A DNA stretch of 64,000 nt from Saccostrea echinata (lineage: Eukaryota): NCBI RefSeq assembly GCF_033153115.1, contig NW_026889796.1:2604001-2668000 (forward strand), read 5' to 3'. Made by a program: the position numbers and the translations under genes. The notes under the pieces are model-generated. The model made no database searches, was not told where the DNA came from, and saw only the letters and a program-made list of their open reading frames with translations. How positions within the stretch are numbered: the stretch's first letter is position 1; each line of letters starts with the position of its first letter. Of this stretch, positions 1 through 12,650 are shown piece by piece.

Positions 1-105
1 CAGCACAAAGAAAAGGACGTCAATTACTTCGTCTACGGTCTGGAGAGCAGAGTCCATGCTCCGGAGTATCCCGATCAATGCTGCTGGGGATGCACTATAC
101 TTTAA
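1..105 (+). CDS. SSUH2: 3' end of the last coding exon of an SSUH2 homolog (partial; gene starts left of the window)
   Basis: Frame 1 reads QHKEKDVNYFVYGLESRVHAPEYPDQCCWGCTIL* (TAA 103-105). This matches the recalled SSUH2 C-terminal pattern (Y/F-x-YG....V.A..YP...CCxxCTI[LV]*). It is too short to appear in the ORF track. Confidence 0.75.
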   Translation, partial: QHKEKDVNYFVYGLESRVHAPEYPDQCCWGCTIL

Positions 106-1483
106 TTACTGGAGGTCAAAATACTTTCTTGGACACGTGTACAAAAATTCAGTATTATAAATACAGATGTATATTTTTTAGGTCAATTTTGAAGCATTTC
201 AAACTTGTGCTATTTTTAAATACACATGTATTTTTAAAAGTGTTTCCGCTCATAGTGCACTTAAATATTTTAAAGAACACCTCGCAAGTGCATGCTGATC
301 AGGTGGAGCTTTTGTAATTTTATATCGAAGACTTTGAATGGAAAGATTTCTCTTATGATAAATATACACAGAAATAGTGTCTATTTTTATAAATTTGGTT
401 TTGGTTTTGTTATGATGATCAAATAGTTTTCTTATGTAATAATTTGCGAAAAGGAGGAAAGAATTTATACATAAAATTATAACGTGAGTAAACTACTAGT
501 ATTTGATCATCGTCATAACACCCCACCCCTCCAGAAAAAAAGAGAAAGCTATTCATTTATACATACATTTTTACCTGATCCCTTACTTCAATGAATAAGA
601 AAATTAAATACTTAAGTAAAATTTATTCGATTATTCAATAATTCGAAATCGGAGTCTACAAACCCCGCCCAGTGTATTACTATGCCACATACGGGGGAAA
701 AGCAGTTCCGTCATGTGACGAGCAGATGACTTTATGAAGATATAAAGCTATTTCCTTTGTAGTTTTATCTCGGACAAAGATATTTGAAAAAGAAATATAT
801 GTTTGCATATGAAAATTTGACTATAATGGCTGTACCGGTCCTAAATTGACGAAATGGAAGCACACTGACGAATTTAAAATCAAATACATTTGTTTATCAA
901 TTTATAAAATTGTTTTTATACATTTATACTTTATACAACTCTAAGTTTTGACGATGGCAGACTTATTTTGTCAGAATGGAATTCTAGCGAGTTGACACAA
1001 GAATAAAAAAATAATATTTTTTATTTGTTATATACAAGAAATCTATATTTCTGTGATATTGTTTTTCAATCAAGTGTTCTTTCATGTATACAACTTTTAT
1101 ATTTATTCAAATGCTCAAATTCACTTTAACAAAATTTTGTTGATGCACAGTGTTACTAAATTTAAGATAAGTTAGATAACATTCTCAAATTCTTCAGTAC
1201 TTGGATTCAGCTGTAATTTTGATCCAGGACATTTGAATTCCGTTTACATGTATTTGGCAAAGAGACCAAAAGTGCTGTTTTTGTACGCGGCTTTTTATAG
1301 GGCAATTAATTTTTAGTTCCTTACATGACTCTACAAGTACTGGATCTCTGTCTATAATGCATATAAAACAAGACTGTGTGAAAAAGAGTGTTTTATCGTT
1401 TTCTAATTATTTCTGTATAATCTACTTTGTCTCGGATAATAACCGTCCGACTTTTACATGGATATTTATTGGCGTTTTGTTTT

Positions 1484-1763
1484 ATTTTACACATTTTTAA
1501 TTATTCATTATGTCTGTTTTATAAAAATATTTTATTTTTCCTCTGAATATTATTTTACATATTTTTAATTATTCATTATGTCTGTTTTATAATAACATTT
1601 TACATTTTATTTTTCCTCTGAATATTATTTTTACACATTTTTAATTATTCATTATGTCTGTTTTATAATAATATTTTATTTTTCCTCTGAATATTATTTT
1701 ACATATTTTTAATTATTCGTTATGTCTGTTTTATAATAACAATTTATTTTTCCTCTGAATATT
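1484..1763. repeat. AT-rich minisatellite, about 4 copies of a ~65-70 bp unit
   Basis: The unit attttacacatttttaattattcattatgtctgttttataa...tttttcctctgaatatt is repeated four times. Confidence 0.9.
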
Positions 1764-2283
1764 GTGTGAAAAATTCATGCATAAAATTTGTCTTTACTTA
1801 CTCTGTTTTCTATTAATAGTATTTTAAAAGATATAGTCTTACATTCTATTAAAAGTTTGCTGCACCATTATCTGAACAAAACGTCATATAAATACATGTA
1901 TATATATACATGTATCAAATTTTTGATTAGTTATGACTTTGCAGAATGAATATGTAAATGATGAAATGATCCTCACATTACATCTAGTATATACTATGGT
2001 TTCATGAATTGGGATCAAATTTTGTGATTTTGGCAAAAAAATACAATTTTGTTGACCAATCACATCTTCTCGGGTCTTTGCAGCAAGCTCGCAAAAACAC
2101 CTCGAATGTATAACCGGACGTTTTAAAACAAGTTATACGAAAATATATCCTATATATCAAAGTACTGAATAGACAGTTGTGTGTCCCTCTTTAGTATATT
2201 TTAGGTAATATTTTTACATTCATTGAAATTAAGCTCCAGAATTTACAGATAAGAGGTCGCCCTACATTTGAAGGGGGTTATCA

Positions 2284-2623
2284 TGTATAGCGGGAGAGGA
2301 GAAAAATGCAACGGACCAGATCGGGATTCGAATCCGGGCCCCCTGAATCTCCAGTCGTGCTCTACCACCTGAGCTATCTGGCCACTGGCGATCGGACCTG
2401 TCTGACCTGTTCCTCCCTCCTTAAAGGTCTTCGGCCCCACTCAGGCTCTTTCCTGGCATGTCTTGCACCTGTCAATTCCATGGCACGGCACCAACGGGAG
2501 AGGAGAAAATGCGACGGACCAGACCGGGATTCGAACCCGGACCCCCTGAATCTCCAGTCAGGTGCTCCACCAACGCTACGGTCCTACCTGGCCACCGGCG
2601 ATCGAACCCGTCTGACTGTCATA
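2284..2623 (-). mobile_element. Non-autonomous LTR mini-retrotransposon (TRIM) with tRNA-like LTRs (Helenus-like)
   Basis: Minus-strand order: LTR ~2623-2495; PBS TGGTGCCGTG 2493-2484; ~60 bp internal region; PPT AAGGAGGGAGGAA 2422-2410; LTR ~2409-2284 ending in CA. Each LTR holds a tRNA-like cassette (2593-2516 and 2383-2313). No clear TSD. Confidence 0.7.
2313..2383 (-). pseudogene. tRNA-like sequence (A-box/B-box) inside the TRIM LTR; not a functional tRNA gene
   Basis: Reverse complement GGCCAGATAGCTCAGGTGGTAGAGCACGACTGGAGATTCAGGGGGCCCGGATTCGAATCCCGATCTGGTCC; the anticodon stem carries a deletion. Confidence 0.7.
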
Positions 2624-3520
2624 TTGTAAATTTTGAATTTACCGTGTGACAGTAAATTCAAAATTTACAACATGACATGACCGCCACACATATGCAGGCC
2701 TTCGTGCCCCCCCCCCCCCCCCCCAGGTCAGAAAGGCCCGAGAGGTAGCGATTAATTGTTCGCTGAAATGTAACTTCGTGAAAATCAGTAATTCGTCCTA
2801 TTAATGTGTAGTTCGATCCTTGATGGTTTTCCGGGTCAACCACAAATTAAAACAACGAAAATTGGTTCAGCGAAAAATAATGAAACCACGAGCATTTGCA
2901 AAAAGGTAAATTGTCGAAAGACAGTAAACTTGCTTTATTGGGTATGGGTCCATAGTGGTGTTGGATATACTAGTACGTACTACTAAAAAATAAAATTAAA
3001 TTAAAATTCACTCGTAATCTCACATTTGGTAAAGAGCTAAATAATGGCCATTTGAAGAAGCTTATGCATTGTTGTATGGGTCAAAAGATCAAGTAAATCA
3101 CATTTTACAATGTAATGGATACCACATAAATTCAGTCCTTTGCTAGAGATGTTGTGTTGCTTTGCTAGAAACTTCGCTAATTTGGTTAAGGTCTCAAGGT
3201 CATATAAAATGTTTCTTCGAAAGAGTGCTGACACAATTTAAGAGTCCATTCTGGAGCCCCAAGGGCAAGTAAATGTAAAAGTAAATGGAAACATTGCTGG
3301 CAAAGATACTTGGATTAGTACGTATTGAATGTATATTCATTGCTAGAAAATCTGTGCTTTTGAAACATTTCAACTCAGAAAGTTTTGACTCTCCTTACCA
3401 TGCCGTTATAACACTGTAACAAAGGTAGGGTACGGGTATTCCTAATGACACTCAAACTAATGTATTCGAGGATTTGAAATTGGCAGGGGCGATAAATGAA
3501 AACAGGAAAACAAAAACAAC

Positions 3521-3526
3521 TTTATT
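3521..3526 (-). promoter_or_regulatory. Candidate polyadenylation signal of the MOGAT/DGAT2-like gene
   Basis: AATAAA on the minus strand ~230 nt past the stop codon at 3759. Confidence 0.45.
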
Positions 3527-3758
3527 AACCTAAATATAAACAAGATGCAGCGGAAGACCAGGCCCATGGCAGCCGCTTTGATCAACGCATATAAAAATAG
3601 TTAACGCTATAATGCCACGTTACATATATTATATATCAATAACACATTTTGCGTAAATATTAAAACATACGTATCGATTAAATCTGCATGTGGTGGGAAA
3701 ATCCTTAGCGAAAATCAGTATATTGTAGTATTTGTCCTAATCAAGGTCATCGTAGAAA

Positions 3759-5478
3759 TTACTCTATAAAATGCAAATGCTTGTCTTCAGGAACACCATA
3801 CTTTAATTTGTGCGTTTCAAATAGTTTTTCTAATTCTTCTAAGTACTTTTTATGGAGTGCATCAATTTTCTCCTGAGAGGGATCCTCGTCTTTTTCGACT
3901 TGTATTGGAGCACCGACTGCATAAAAAATATAAAATATAAATCACAATACATATCTACGAGGGCTATTCATAAAATTATGACACTAAATGTATTCCATTT
4001 AAGGTTTTCAATCGCTAATATCATCAGATTCAATGAAATTGACCTAGATCTAATGGAGTCCATTAGATTTTATATATACAGCTTTTACATGTATCATTTA
4101 TATCTAAGTAATTACAGGGTATATCTAGCTTTCATTCATGTAGCATTTTGCTTTCATTATAATGTCTATCTAAAAGAAATCTAATTAAAATCATACTGAA
4201 ATTTGAAGAAGAAGAAAAAATTCGGCATATCTCTACGAATGAAAAATTTGATAGAAATCACCTTTTACCTTGGAATTGTTTTTGAGAGTACTAGTAATAC
4301 AATACTGTAGTCATTTATCCAGTTAGAGTTATCTCTCTTATCCAAGGGTCAATGAACCTTAATTGCAACTGGCATTCTGAAAGCAGAGTAATGCAGGTAA
4401 AAATAGTTTTGAGTTATTACCAACTGTGTAGACAGGAATTCTGTATGGAACTAGACCGAACGTGTAGTTGAACATTCCTCGTCCGTGAAAAACAGGGGGA
4501 GAGAACCCAGTGTATTTTGTCAACCAGTTTTGGAGGTTTCTCAGTCGGGATCCCTCAGGATTCTCTGCTTGTACAAACAATTCGTGCTCACCAAAAGAGA
4601 ACATCGGAACTAAACATGCCCTGAGTATGACAAAATTATTTGTTTAAATTTTTGTAATTTTTGTGAAAACCAATAAGTGTTTAATTTAATGTATCTTACC
4701 CCGTCCGAAGTGCCACTTTGATAAAACCTTTCTTCTTTGCGAGTTTCAAATTAAACTTTCCCGGAAATGCCTCTAATGCTTCTAAAGCTCCGCCCACTAC
4801 TAGACCAAGAGCATTTCCTGTCCCATGCCTCGTCAAAAGGAATTTCATACTTTTTGCTGTAGCTTCAACTGCCCCTGGAAAATAAAAAAAAAATCATGAC
4901 CTATTAGTTTTTGCACTCAAAATTATACGTACGAGTTACTTTCTTCTGTGCAGCATTGGAAGTTCTTTTTCTAAGGTTATGAACTTACCACCTGCCATGA
5001 AGTAATCCCTATATACAGGAAATTGGAAATGGCCCGGAAGTACCAGTAAGTATGGCGTAATGCCCGGAAATGTTTTGCTCCAGCCAGAACCTTCAGTAGC
5101 AAAGTGGCAGAAAGCACTAACACTGAGTATTCCATGAGGATGAAAACCCATTATATAGTTCTTATTAGGATCCAGATCCACTGTTTTTATCAAAGTTATA
5201 GGAAAGTATCGCTGAAAATATCTCCACACAGCCCATTCTCGTATCCATTGACATCGTCGTCCACCTTGAGCTGACTTCTTTCTATCGTAAACGTAGAAGG
5301 CCATGTATAATAGTGGGATCCAGTAAAAGGATGTAAATAGTAAATAAATCATGAAAAATAAACATCCAAATCCCAGGAACAAAAAGGACAGCGTCCATTG
5401 CTGAACTGCTAATGTCTGGAGTCGACGCTCCATCGGTATGTGGAGAGGCGCGAAATCTATTCCTAAGATTTTTGTCAT
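3759..5478 (-). CDS. DGAT2/MOGAT-family acyltransferase (2-acylglycerol O-acyltransferase-like), 340 aa, 4 coding exons
   Basis: Exons 5478-4989, 4874-4700, 4620-4421 and 3916-3759, all GT-AG and frame-consistent (1023 nt). Family motifs: [70 protein letters not shown]. An acceptor just before the ATG (5481-5483) implies an upstream 5'UTR exon; candidate donor at 7094-7089. Confidence 0.93.
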
Positions 5479-8400
5479 CTCTGTAAAAATATTAGACATA
5501 AAATGGAAAGTATTAATACGGAAACTCTTTTTTAATTTTAGAATCGTCTAAAAAACAGTTTTGATATAATATGCATGTAAAATGTTTTGTTGAAAGATTT
5601 ATTTATTCATCAACCTCTCAAAAGAGAAATACAAGTACCAGGCCCTTAGGAACCGGGGCCAACCGGGGCCAATAATTTTGCCTATATAAAGTTTGCTATA
5701 GAAAACGAAGCTACTTTTACATGATTGTTAAGGAATTTCTGTTTGGTTTGTGCTCCCCCCCCCAACTGAAAATGTTTGGTTGCCCCCCCCCCCAAAAAAA
5801 AATAAAAAATGAAATTACTTCCTAGAGTGTACGAATTTGATGGAAAATGATTTTTGAACAATTTAAGTTAGCGTAGATTTTCTTAATGTTCAGTTCTTGT
5901 GCAAGACTTTTACGTTGTATACTTGAATTAGCGGAAGTTGCCTTTTTGATATTTTGATAAGTTTACAGTAATATATATGTTATATGTATATGCAGTACTC
6001 CAAACTTGTGATTTAGTGCTTTATCACCTTTAAGGGAAGAAATGATAAGTCTAGCTTTATGAACTTAATTTATGATATTAAACTCATATTAACTATACAA
6101 GTATTGCGAGTTTCTGCTAATATCATTTAACTTTTTTAAGAAGTTTGCGCCCTCACCTAACTCTATCATGGATCCGTCCCTGCTGTATACATTCCCATGG
6201 ACCTATATAGTTTTTTTAATTACTCTGAAAAAACATGTATATTCCAGTGTCCAAGGAGTCAGTTAAATTTAAACATATATACATTAGACAAGGAAACCCT
6301 TCCCCCATTTCCTCCTTCCAATACTATCCCCCTTCCACTCCTTCTTCCACCTCTCTCTCTCTCTTTCTCCTTCCACAGCATACTGTATGTGTACTAAAAA
6401 AGCGGGCTTCATATTTTAGCGACTTTGGAGCGGACAACACAGTGCGCTAATTCATGAATACATCTTTAATAAATCATTCTTGAATACAAGTGTGTACATC
6501 GCTAATTCCTGGTTGCGCCAAGCACTAAATACCCAGAAGTTGCGCTAAATTTTGAATACGTCAATTTCTGCACACGTACAATATTCTTATAATGAAGCAT
6601 TAATGGATATAATTAATCCTTGAATCGCCAGTAACTATTTTTGCTATTAGGGATACTCGTCTGATATGTCGCGGTACTTTGAAAGGGCGTAATAATTTCA
6701 AACGATTTTTTTTTAAAAACCTTGACATTGATGTTATACTGTTTACAACATATTACATACGTGTGAGCACACTGATCGATCTGAAGGTCATGCATGCACA
6801 TTTAAAACAGAATGGTTTATATAATCACTATTTTCCAAAAAAGGACGAGAAAGGGGGATAAATGCGCGATTCAAGAGGTTTTTTCTTCAAGTTTCAGATA
6901 GCCCATATTGCATCGTGCATTGACTGATTGTACACTATATATAGATGCTGCCCCTTTGGGTGCCCCATTTCATGATTTTTCTCTGCTCTACGATAACTCA
7001 CTAATTTTCAGGTATAGCGGAAATACCTGTGCTAATATATTAACTTTTTTTTATCCCACTGAATGAGCAAATGTACATGCAAACTTTTACTTACTTATGT
7101 TTCTTGTCCGAACCGAGGAAGTGTGACACTTATAGCCTGAGATCAAGTCCAAGGAACACACAACACAGAGATAAAGTGCATGCGGGGGCGGATCAAGGTT
7201 TTAAATTCCTGCTTGAATTCATTGTGCTTTATCATATGCCAACCGATCACCAGCAACATGACACAACGCTGTCAATCTTTTCAAAAGGAGGAAAAAAGCA
7301 CAGGAAATGCCTTATTTTAGACGTTTACGTTTTTGTTTAATGAATGTTATATTTGTCAAAAAATGCTTATATAATATTTAGAAAGTTAATTTCCAAAAAG
7401 TAAATTTAAAAAAATACTTTTTTAGGAATAACAAAGTATGTATTTTTTGGTAGTTGGGTTAATTTAATTATCGACGTGCGGTTCTTGAAACTTTACGCGC
7501 ATATGGTAGTCAAGGGGCTATGAAATAATCAAAGTTACAGATTCATTTAAGATTTCTATCTACATCATCAATATACTCAGTATTATCTTTTTTATTATTA
7601 TTATTGTGGACTTGTTGTTAGGTGTACATGTAGGGGCGGATGCAGGATTTGTTGTCAAGGAGGGGGGGGGGGAGGGGTCCACATCAACGGTAACAAATGT
7701 CAGACTCGGAAATTATTTTGATGAGCAAAAAAATATTTTTAAAATATCTAAACTTGCCAAAACCTAAAAAAATTTATTTCATGGAGGTGGGACACTTTCC
7801 TCAGTCAATTTTCTTCTGATAGACTTTTAATGGGTTCGTGTTTCCTAAGGGGAGGGAGTCCAAGGTGTGTGTGTGTGTGTGTTTGTTTTGTTTTGGTTTT
7901 TTTTTTTTTACTTTTACATAGGAATTTAATAACTCCATCTGGAAAATTCAGAGGGGGGATCTCCTCGGCTCCACCCATGAGGTGTATCATGTATTTTGGA
8001 GATATCTTTAATTGTCCAATGTTTGCTGAATTTTGCGTTTCAGTCACAAACGTCATAAATAAGATAACCAAATATTTCAAACACGTGCCCTTGGTACTTT
8101 ATCACAATAAGCATATATAATCTAAATGTAATTATTTTGTATAATGCATAAATTTATTGATGTTTTTAATTTTGTATGATATCAATTGATGCTTAAATGT
8201 ATTACATTTATGTAATTGTTGATAATTGAAACATACTTTACCAATTCTCATATCAATGCGTAGAGAAACAGGCACAAAGCCTTATATTTTAACTTATTAA
8301 CAAACTCTGGAAAAAAATTGACGGGAATTAAATTTGTTTTAACGATCTGTTGTTACGGATATTGACACTTTAGAATTAGACTCATTAGATTCACACTATT

Positions 8401-9469
8401 TCATGGGCGGGTGGGGTGGGGTGGGGTGGAGTGGGTGGCCTGATTTTTAGGACATTTTTCACTCTGCATCGGAATTCATTTAAATGAGAAGCATCAGACT
8501 ACATTCGTTAGAAAGAACCATGCTCCTCTTATGGGTTTCTCAGGATATCCTCATTTAATCCTAATTAATCAACAGATGTATGATATCATATTGTATGTGA
8601 ACAAGAACCTGAAGAGTTGTCAATCCAGAGAAATGAAACAAAATGTTGTTTTAAACGTCTCATACTTAATCAACGGACAGACCTGAATTTTACAAATGTG
8701 CATGATATGAAATACATGTAAGGTGCAAAGGTCACGGCACCCATCTCCGAGGTTTTGCCAGCTCGGAATATGTAGTTGATGTAGCGTCATAATTCATTAT
8801 GATGTCATATTCAGTAAAGGTATAGTTCAGAGAAGTGGATGTACATATGATGACAGTAAAATTAGACAATTATGAGTAACCGTTATCTTACCAACTGAAG
8901 GCTGCATGGTCAACGTTGTTAGTCTTTCGTTGTTAGTCCACGATAGTGGGGGTATTCTTTTCTATAAATAGACTTCAGCCAGCTCTCTTTGACAGTATAT
9001 GCGGACACATTTATATATGCTATTTATACATGCCAGTGAAAGTTATTATCGAAAAAAAATATAATTATAAATTTAAGACTTTTGATGTTGACCTTCGACC
9101 TGCGATCTCTTAACGCACTCGAAACTTCTTGGACCTTCTGGAAAAGTGGTCAATTCTATAAGAATCAACCGATTGCTCTCAAATTGTCTTTTATTGTTGG
9201 CCGGTAATTTCATTCACGATTCATCCAAAATAGTAATTTCTATATGCGTAATTGTATTATAGTATAAGGTATATCGAATTGTAAAATTTTGGTAGACGTG
9301 CATGTGAAACGGAAATGGTTTTTGTCATTTAGTTTCGTATAAAACGTTGGAAAACGTTGGGCGTACGTTTTTATTTAATATCTTAAACACTAAAAGTTAT
9401 TAATTCTGCGATCATATAAATAGGTCGAAACTGCGGAGGTAGGAAAGACTGCATAGAATTAATACACGC

Positions 9470-9740
9470 TGTAATATAGGGCTGATGGGACTTCTCTGAT
9501 TGTTAAACCTTGTTAAACCTTGGCTGTTTAACCTCTTAAACATTGTGATAAGACCTGAGTAAGGCACACAGTTGCGGGGGATAGGCAGTAAAGGTTATAT
9601 CATTAGCTAACACGTAAGACCTGTATAAGGCAGTAGGTTAGCAAGGAGAGAGGTGGCATACCACAGAAGTGGGGGAAGTGCCAAGGAGCAGCAGTACCTG
9701 TGGAGTTGCAGGACCAGAGAAAGAATGAATCCTCATAACA
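9470..9740 (+). mobile_element. Possible solo LTR (~270 bp)
   Basis: Begins TGTAATA and ends CATAACA (TG...CA with an imperfect terminal inverted repeat); GC-richer than the flanks, with an internal TATAA. No exact TSD. Confidence 0.35.
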
Positions 9741-12522
9741 CTGCTTTCTCGCCCCTTTTTAAATGCAGAATTTTACATTTTCAAATCAGAACATTGTTAT
9801 ATTATAGCTAAAGTCTTCAAGCATAGTCTGTATAGATACTCATAAAAGATTTTTTGGGGAAAGACACTTTCAATATATACATTATATCGATTAAATAAAA
9901 TCTTATACTTCACGGTTTCGCCATTACAGCTAGAGGTAGGTCATTGTATTATTTGAATGAGAAGGCGGAGCGTCTCTCAAGCGTGCGATTAGTATGAATA
10001 CATTAGCGTGTGTTCCAAGTGTACTAAGTTTTATGATTAACTGACACCTAAAAAACCTTTTCTCATGCTAGAGACCGACAAAATATAAGCATACATTTTT
10101 AATTTGGATGGCTTAACTTTGATTTCTCTTCTGCTTAACTTACGAGTCGTATTTGAAATGATTTACTAGAAATTCGTTAAATTATTTAAATATTAAATAC
10201 ACAATGGAATTTGGAAATAGAACGTAAAATGAAGGATACACTATTTTTCACACTTTAAAGAAACCCCCCTTTTTTAAAAAAAGAAATAATTATAATCCAT
10301 TTAAGCTTATTACGTACATAATTAGAAATTGTTCATACATATATAATTTTGCAAAATCCGAGTGCTACAACAAACACACGTAGGCGGTTGAATTACGATA
10401 CAAAACTACACTCGGTGTATAAAAAATATATAGTTAAGAAAGTGAAAATTTAGACGTCAATTAAACGTCAGTTTAACGTCAGTATCATCGCTGGTGGATA
10501 AAGAAACATCCGTGTCAGTGTACTTTGTACAGTCCAAATTGCATTGCTTCAAAAAATCCTGTTTATTCATGCCAGACAAGTTAATATGATCTTCCTCATT
10601 TCGGAATTCATTAATTGTCGAAATCCACTCCTGTACTTCTTGATTTTAACAAACTCTCTCACTGTAGTAAGATAAATAATAAATCACTCCGAGGTATTTT
10701 TAACGCCCTTTTTCATTCGACTAATTTTTTTTTTTTTTTACTTATATCTATAGCTAGATCGGACATGTGAAAGGGTCATACAAATGCATGTTCTTGCTTT
10801 TAAACATTATGCTTTAAAAATACCTGCGAACATGGACTTTCTTTTACATGATCTAAAAAAAAAATTGTGAAATTAATTTTGTGCCGAAGTAAAAAGTTAT
10901 ACCATATTCTTCAGATTAAACCTGAAGCTTTCTTCGATTCAAATTAGGGGTGCTTTTTGTGCAAATGTATTCATCAAGTGACTTTTCATCCGATACACAG
11001 GTTTTTCGAGCGCTCCGTACTTCAATTTCTTTCCATGAAGGTTTCTTCTATTGGAAGTATGCATTTGTGCACTTTTAACAAACAATTAATTTTTCTAAAG
11101 ATATGATGAATAGTGTGGTGTTGGTTTTTTTTTCAAATAACGGACTATAAAATTAATGACAGTTTTAACTGAAAAAAATCTTTCATATCTTCCAAGGCAA
11201 TGAATGGAGCACCGATGTACATTTTCAGGAACAAGGGCAAATGAATCAAATATACCTACAGTAATTTAAATTTTAAAGTTCTGTATTTATGAGACACAAG
11301 CAGTAAGTGCAAACTATATGCTACAGGACTTCAATATAAATTGATATATACCAAAAAAAAAAAATCAAACAAAATCGAATGAAAATATTAACACATCTTA
11401 ATCACAATAAAGTTTTCTCCCAGAATTTTAATTACCCATTTGAAATATGATTTGACCATCAATAGCTCGCAGACACTAGACACAATATGTCGCGTAGGTG
11501 TGCTCAAAGCGTGGAAATGAATAGATTTGAGTCACGTGTTCAGTGCATTGTTATTCATGAGGTCAAAGACGGGTTGATATTTGTAAATAAGGTGCCTTTA
11601 CTATGGAGACAAGCACCCGTGATTTTGCACCTTTTTGGAAAATAACAAATGAGCGCAAGACTGTTTCAATTTCTTTCATGAATGTAAATGACTATTGTAT
11701 CATGGCTGTGGTGTTTTTCCTTTGAAGTCAAGTGTACAATAACTGGAGATACACCGATGGGCGGAGCCAGCAAAAACTGTGCCGTGTAAATAAATTATTG
11801 AACACCAAGACGATTTCAACATTTTAAATTACATGTATATTGAAGTACCACTGAATTAAATGGACTTTGTTATATACAAAGACAAAATTTCTGCCAATGA
11901 AAAAAGGTCTTTCACATAAATTACAGTGCACACGTATCCCAAAATACGAAATATTTTTACGGAACTCTGCAAATATTCGATCCACCGCATCGAGAAATCA
12001 GGTTCTTGACATGAATTCCACAAATAAATATCTTAAAATATCACACCTATTGTAATAGAGCCTTTTAGCAGGATATACCATCTTTGCTGTTTTCTTTGCT
12101 CAACTAGAATAAAGTTCAGCTGTACTGCATCCACAGATGAAGAGTTATTAACACAGCGTTTTTGTTCATGCCACAGCTCTCGAATATGTCAAATGATCAA
12201 CGGGTATAATTTTTTCTTAATTTTCGATTAACACCTGAATTTCCCTTCTTCGCCTTCGAATTTTTCATCCTTGATATTCAAAGGTTTTCTTATGAATTTC
12301 ATTAACAATCCGTTTTTATATTACGTTGTCCAGAGAGCTGCGCAATCCGACGTCCTTTCTCATGAACACACACACACACACACACAAATACTGGCGGGAA
12401 GTAGAGAATATCCATGCGGTCACCTGACAAAAACTATATTTTTTATTGGTGTAATTAAAAATCATGCTGGAAAATTTGGGACATAACAATTATTGAGGTT
12501 TTGATTAGCCATGATACAAGAA

Positions 12523-12650
12523 AGTTATTGAATATTTATTATGGTGTATCCTGATTTATTTGGACGAAGGGGCGGAGACTCGTGCTTCGCACTCGTCACC
12601 GCCCTTCGTCCAAATAAATCAGGATACACCATAATAAATATACAATAACT
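12523..12650. mobile_element. Near-perfect palindromic (hairpin) element
   Basis: Arms of ~60 bp, agttattg...ggcggagac / gtcaccgcc...caataact, with apex tc-gtgc-ttc-gcac-tc. Confidence 0.8.

Noticed and set aside
2313-2593. Functional tRNA-Ser genes or plain tRNA-SINEs
   Set aside because: Stem defects, an 8-nt loop, no long variable arm, and flanking PBS/PPT favour a TRIM.
2243-2649. Overlapping GC-rich ORFs (65-107 aa), and the 137-aa ORF at 56954-57367
   Set aside because: They are chance read-throughs of the tRNA-like LTR repeats, with no protein motifs.
10500-11900. Nuclear-receptor/HNF4-like sites (tgtactttg, tggactttg, tgaggtcaaag) upstream of the acyltransferase
   Set aside because: Short motifs expected by chance, and no conservation data are available.
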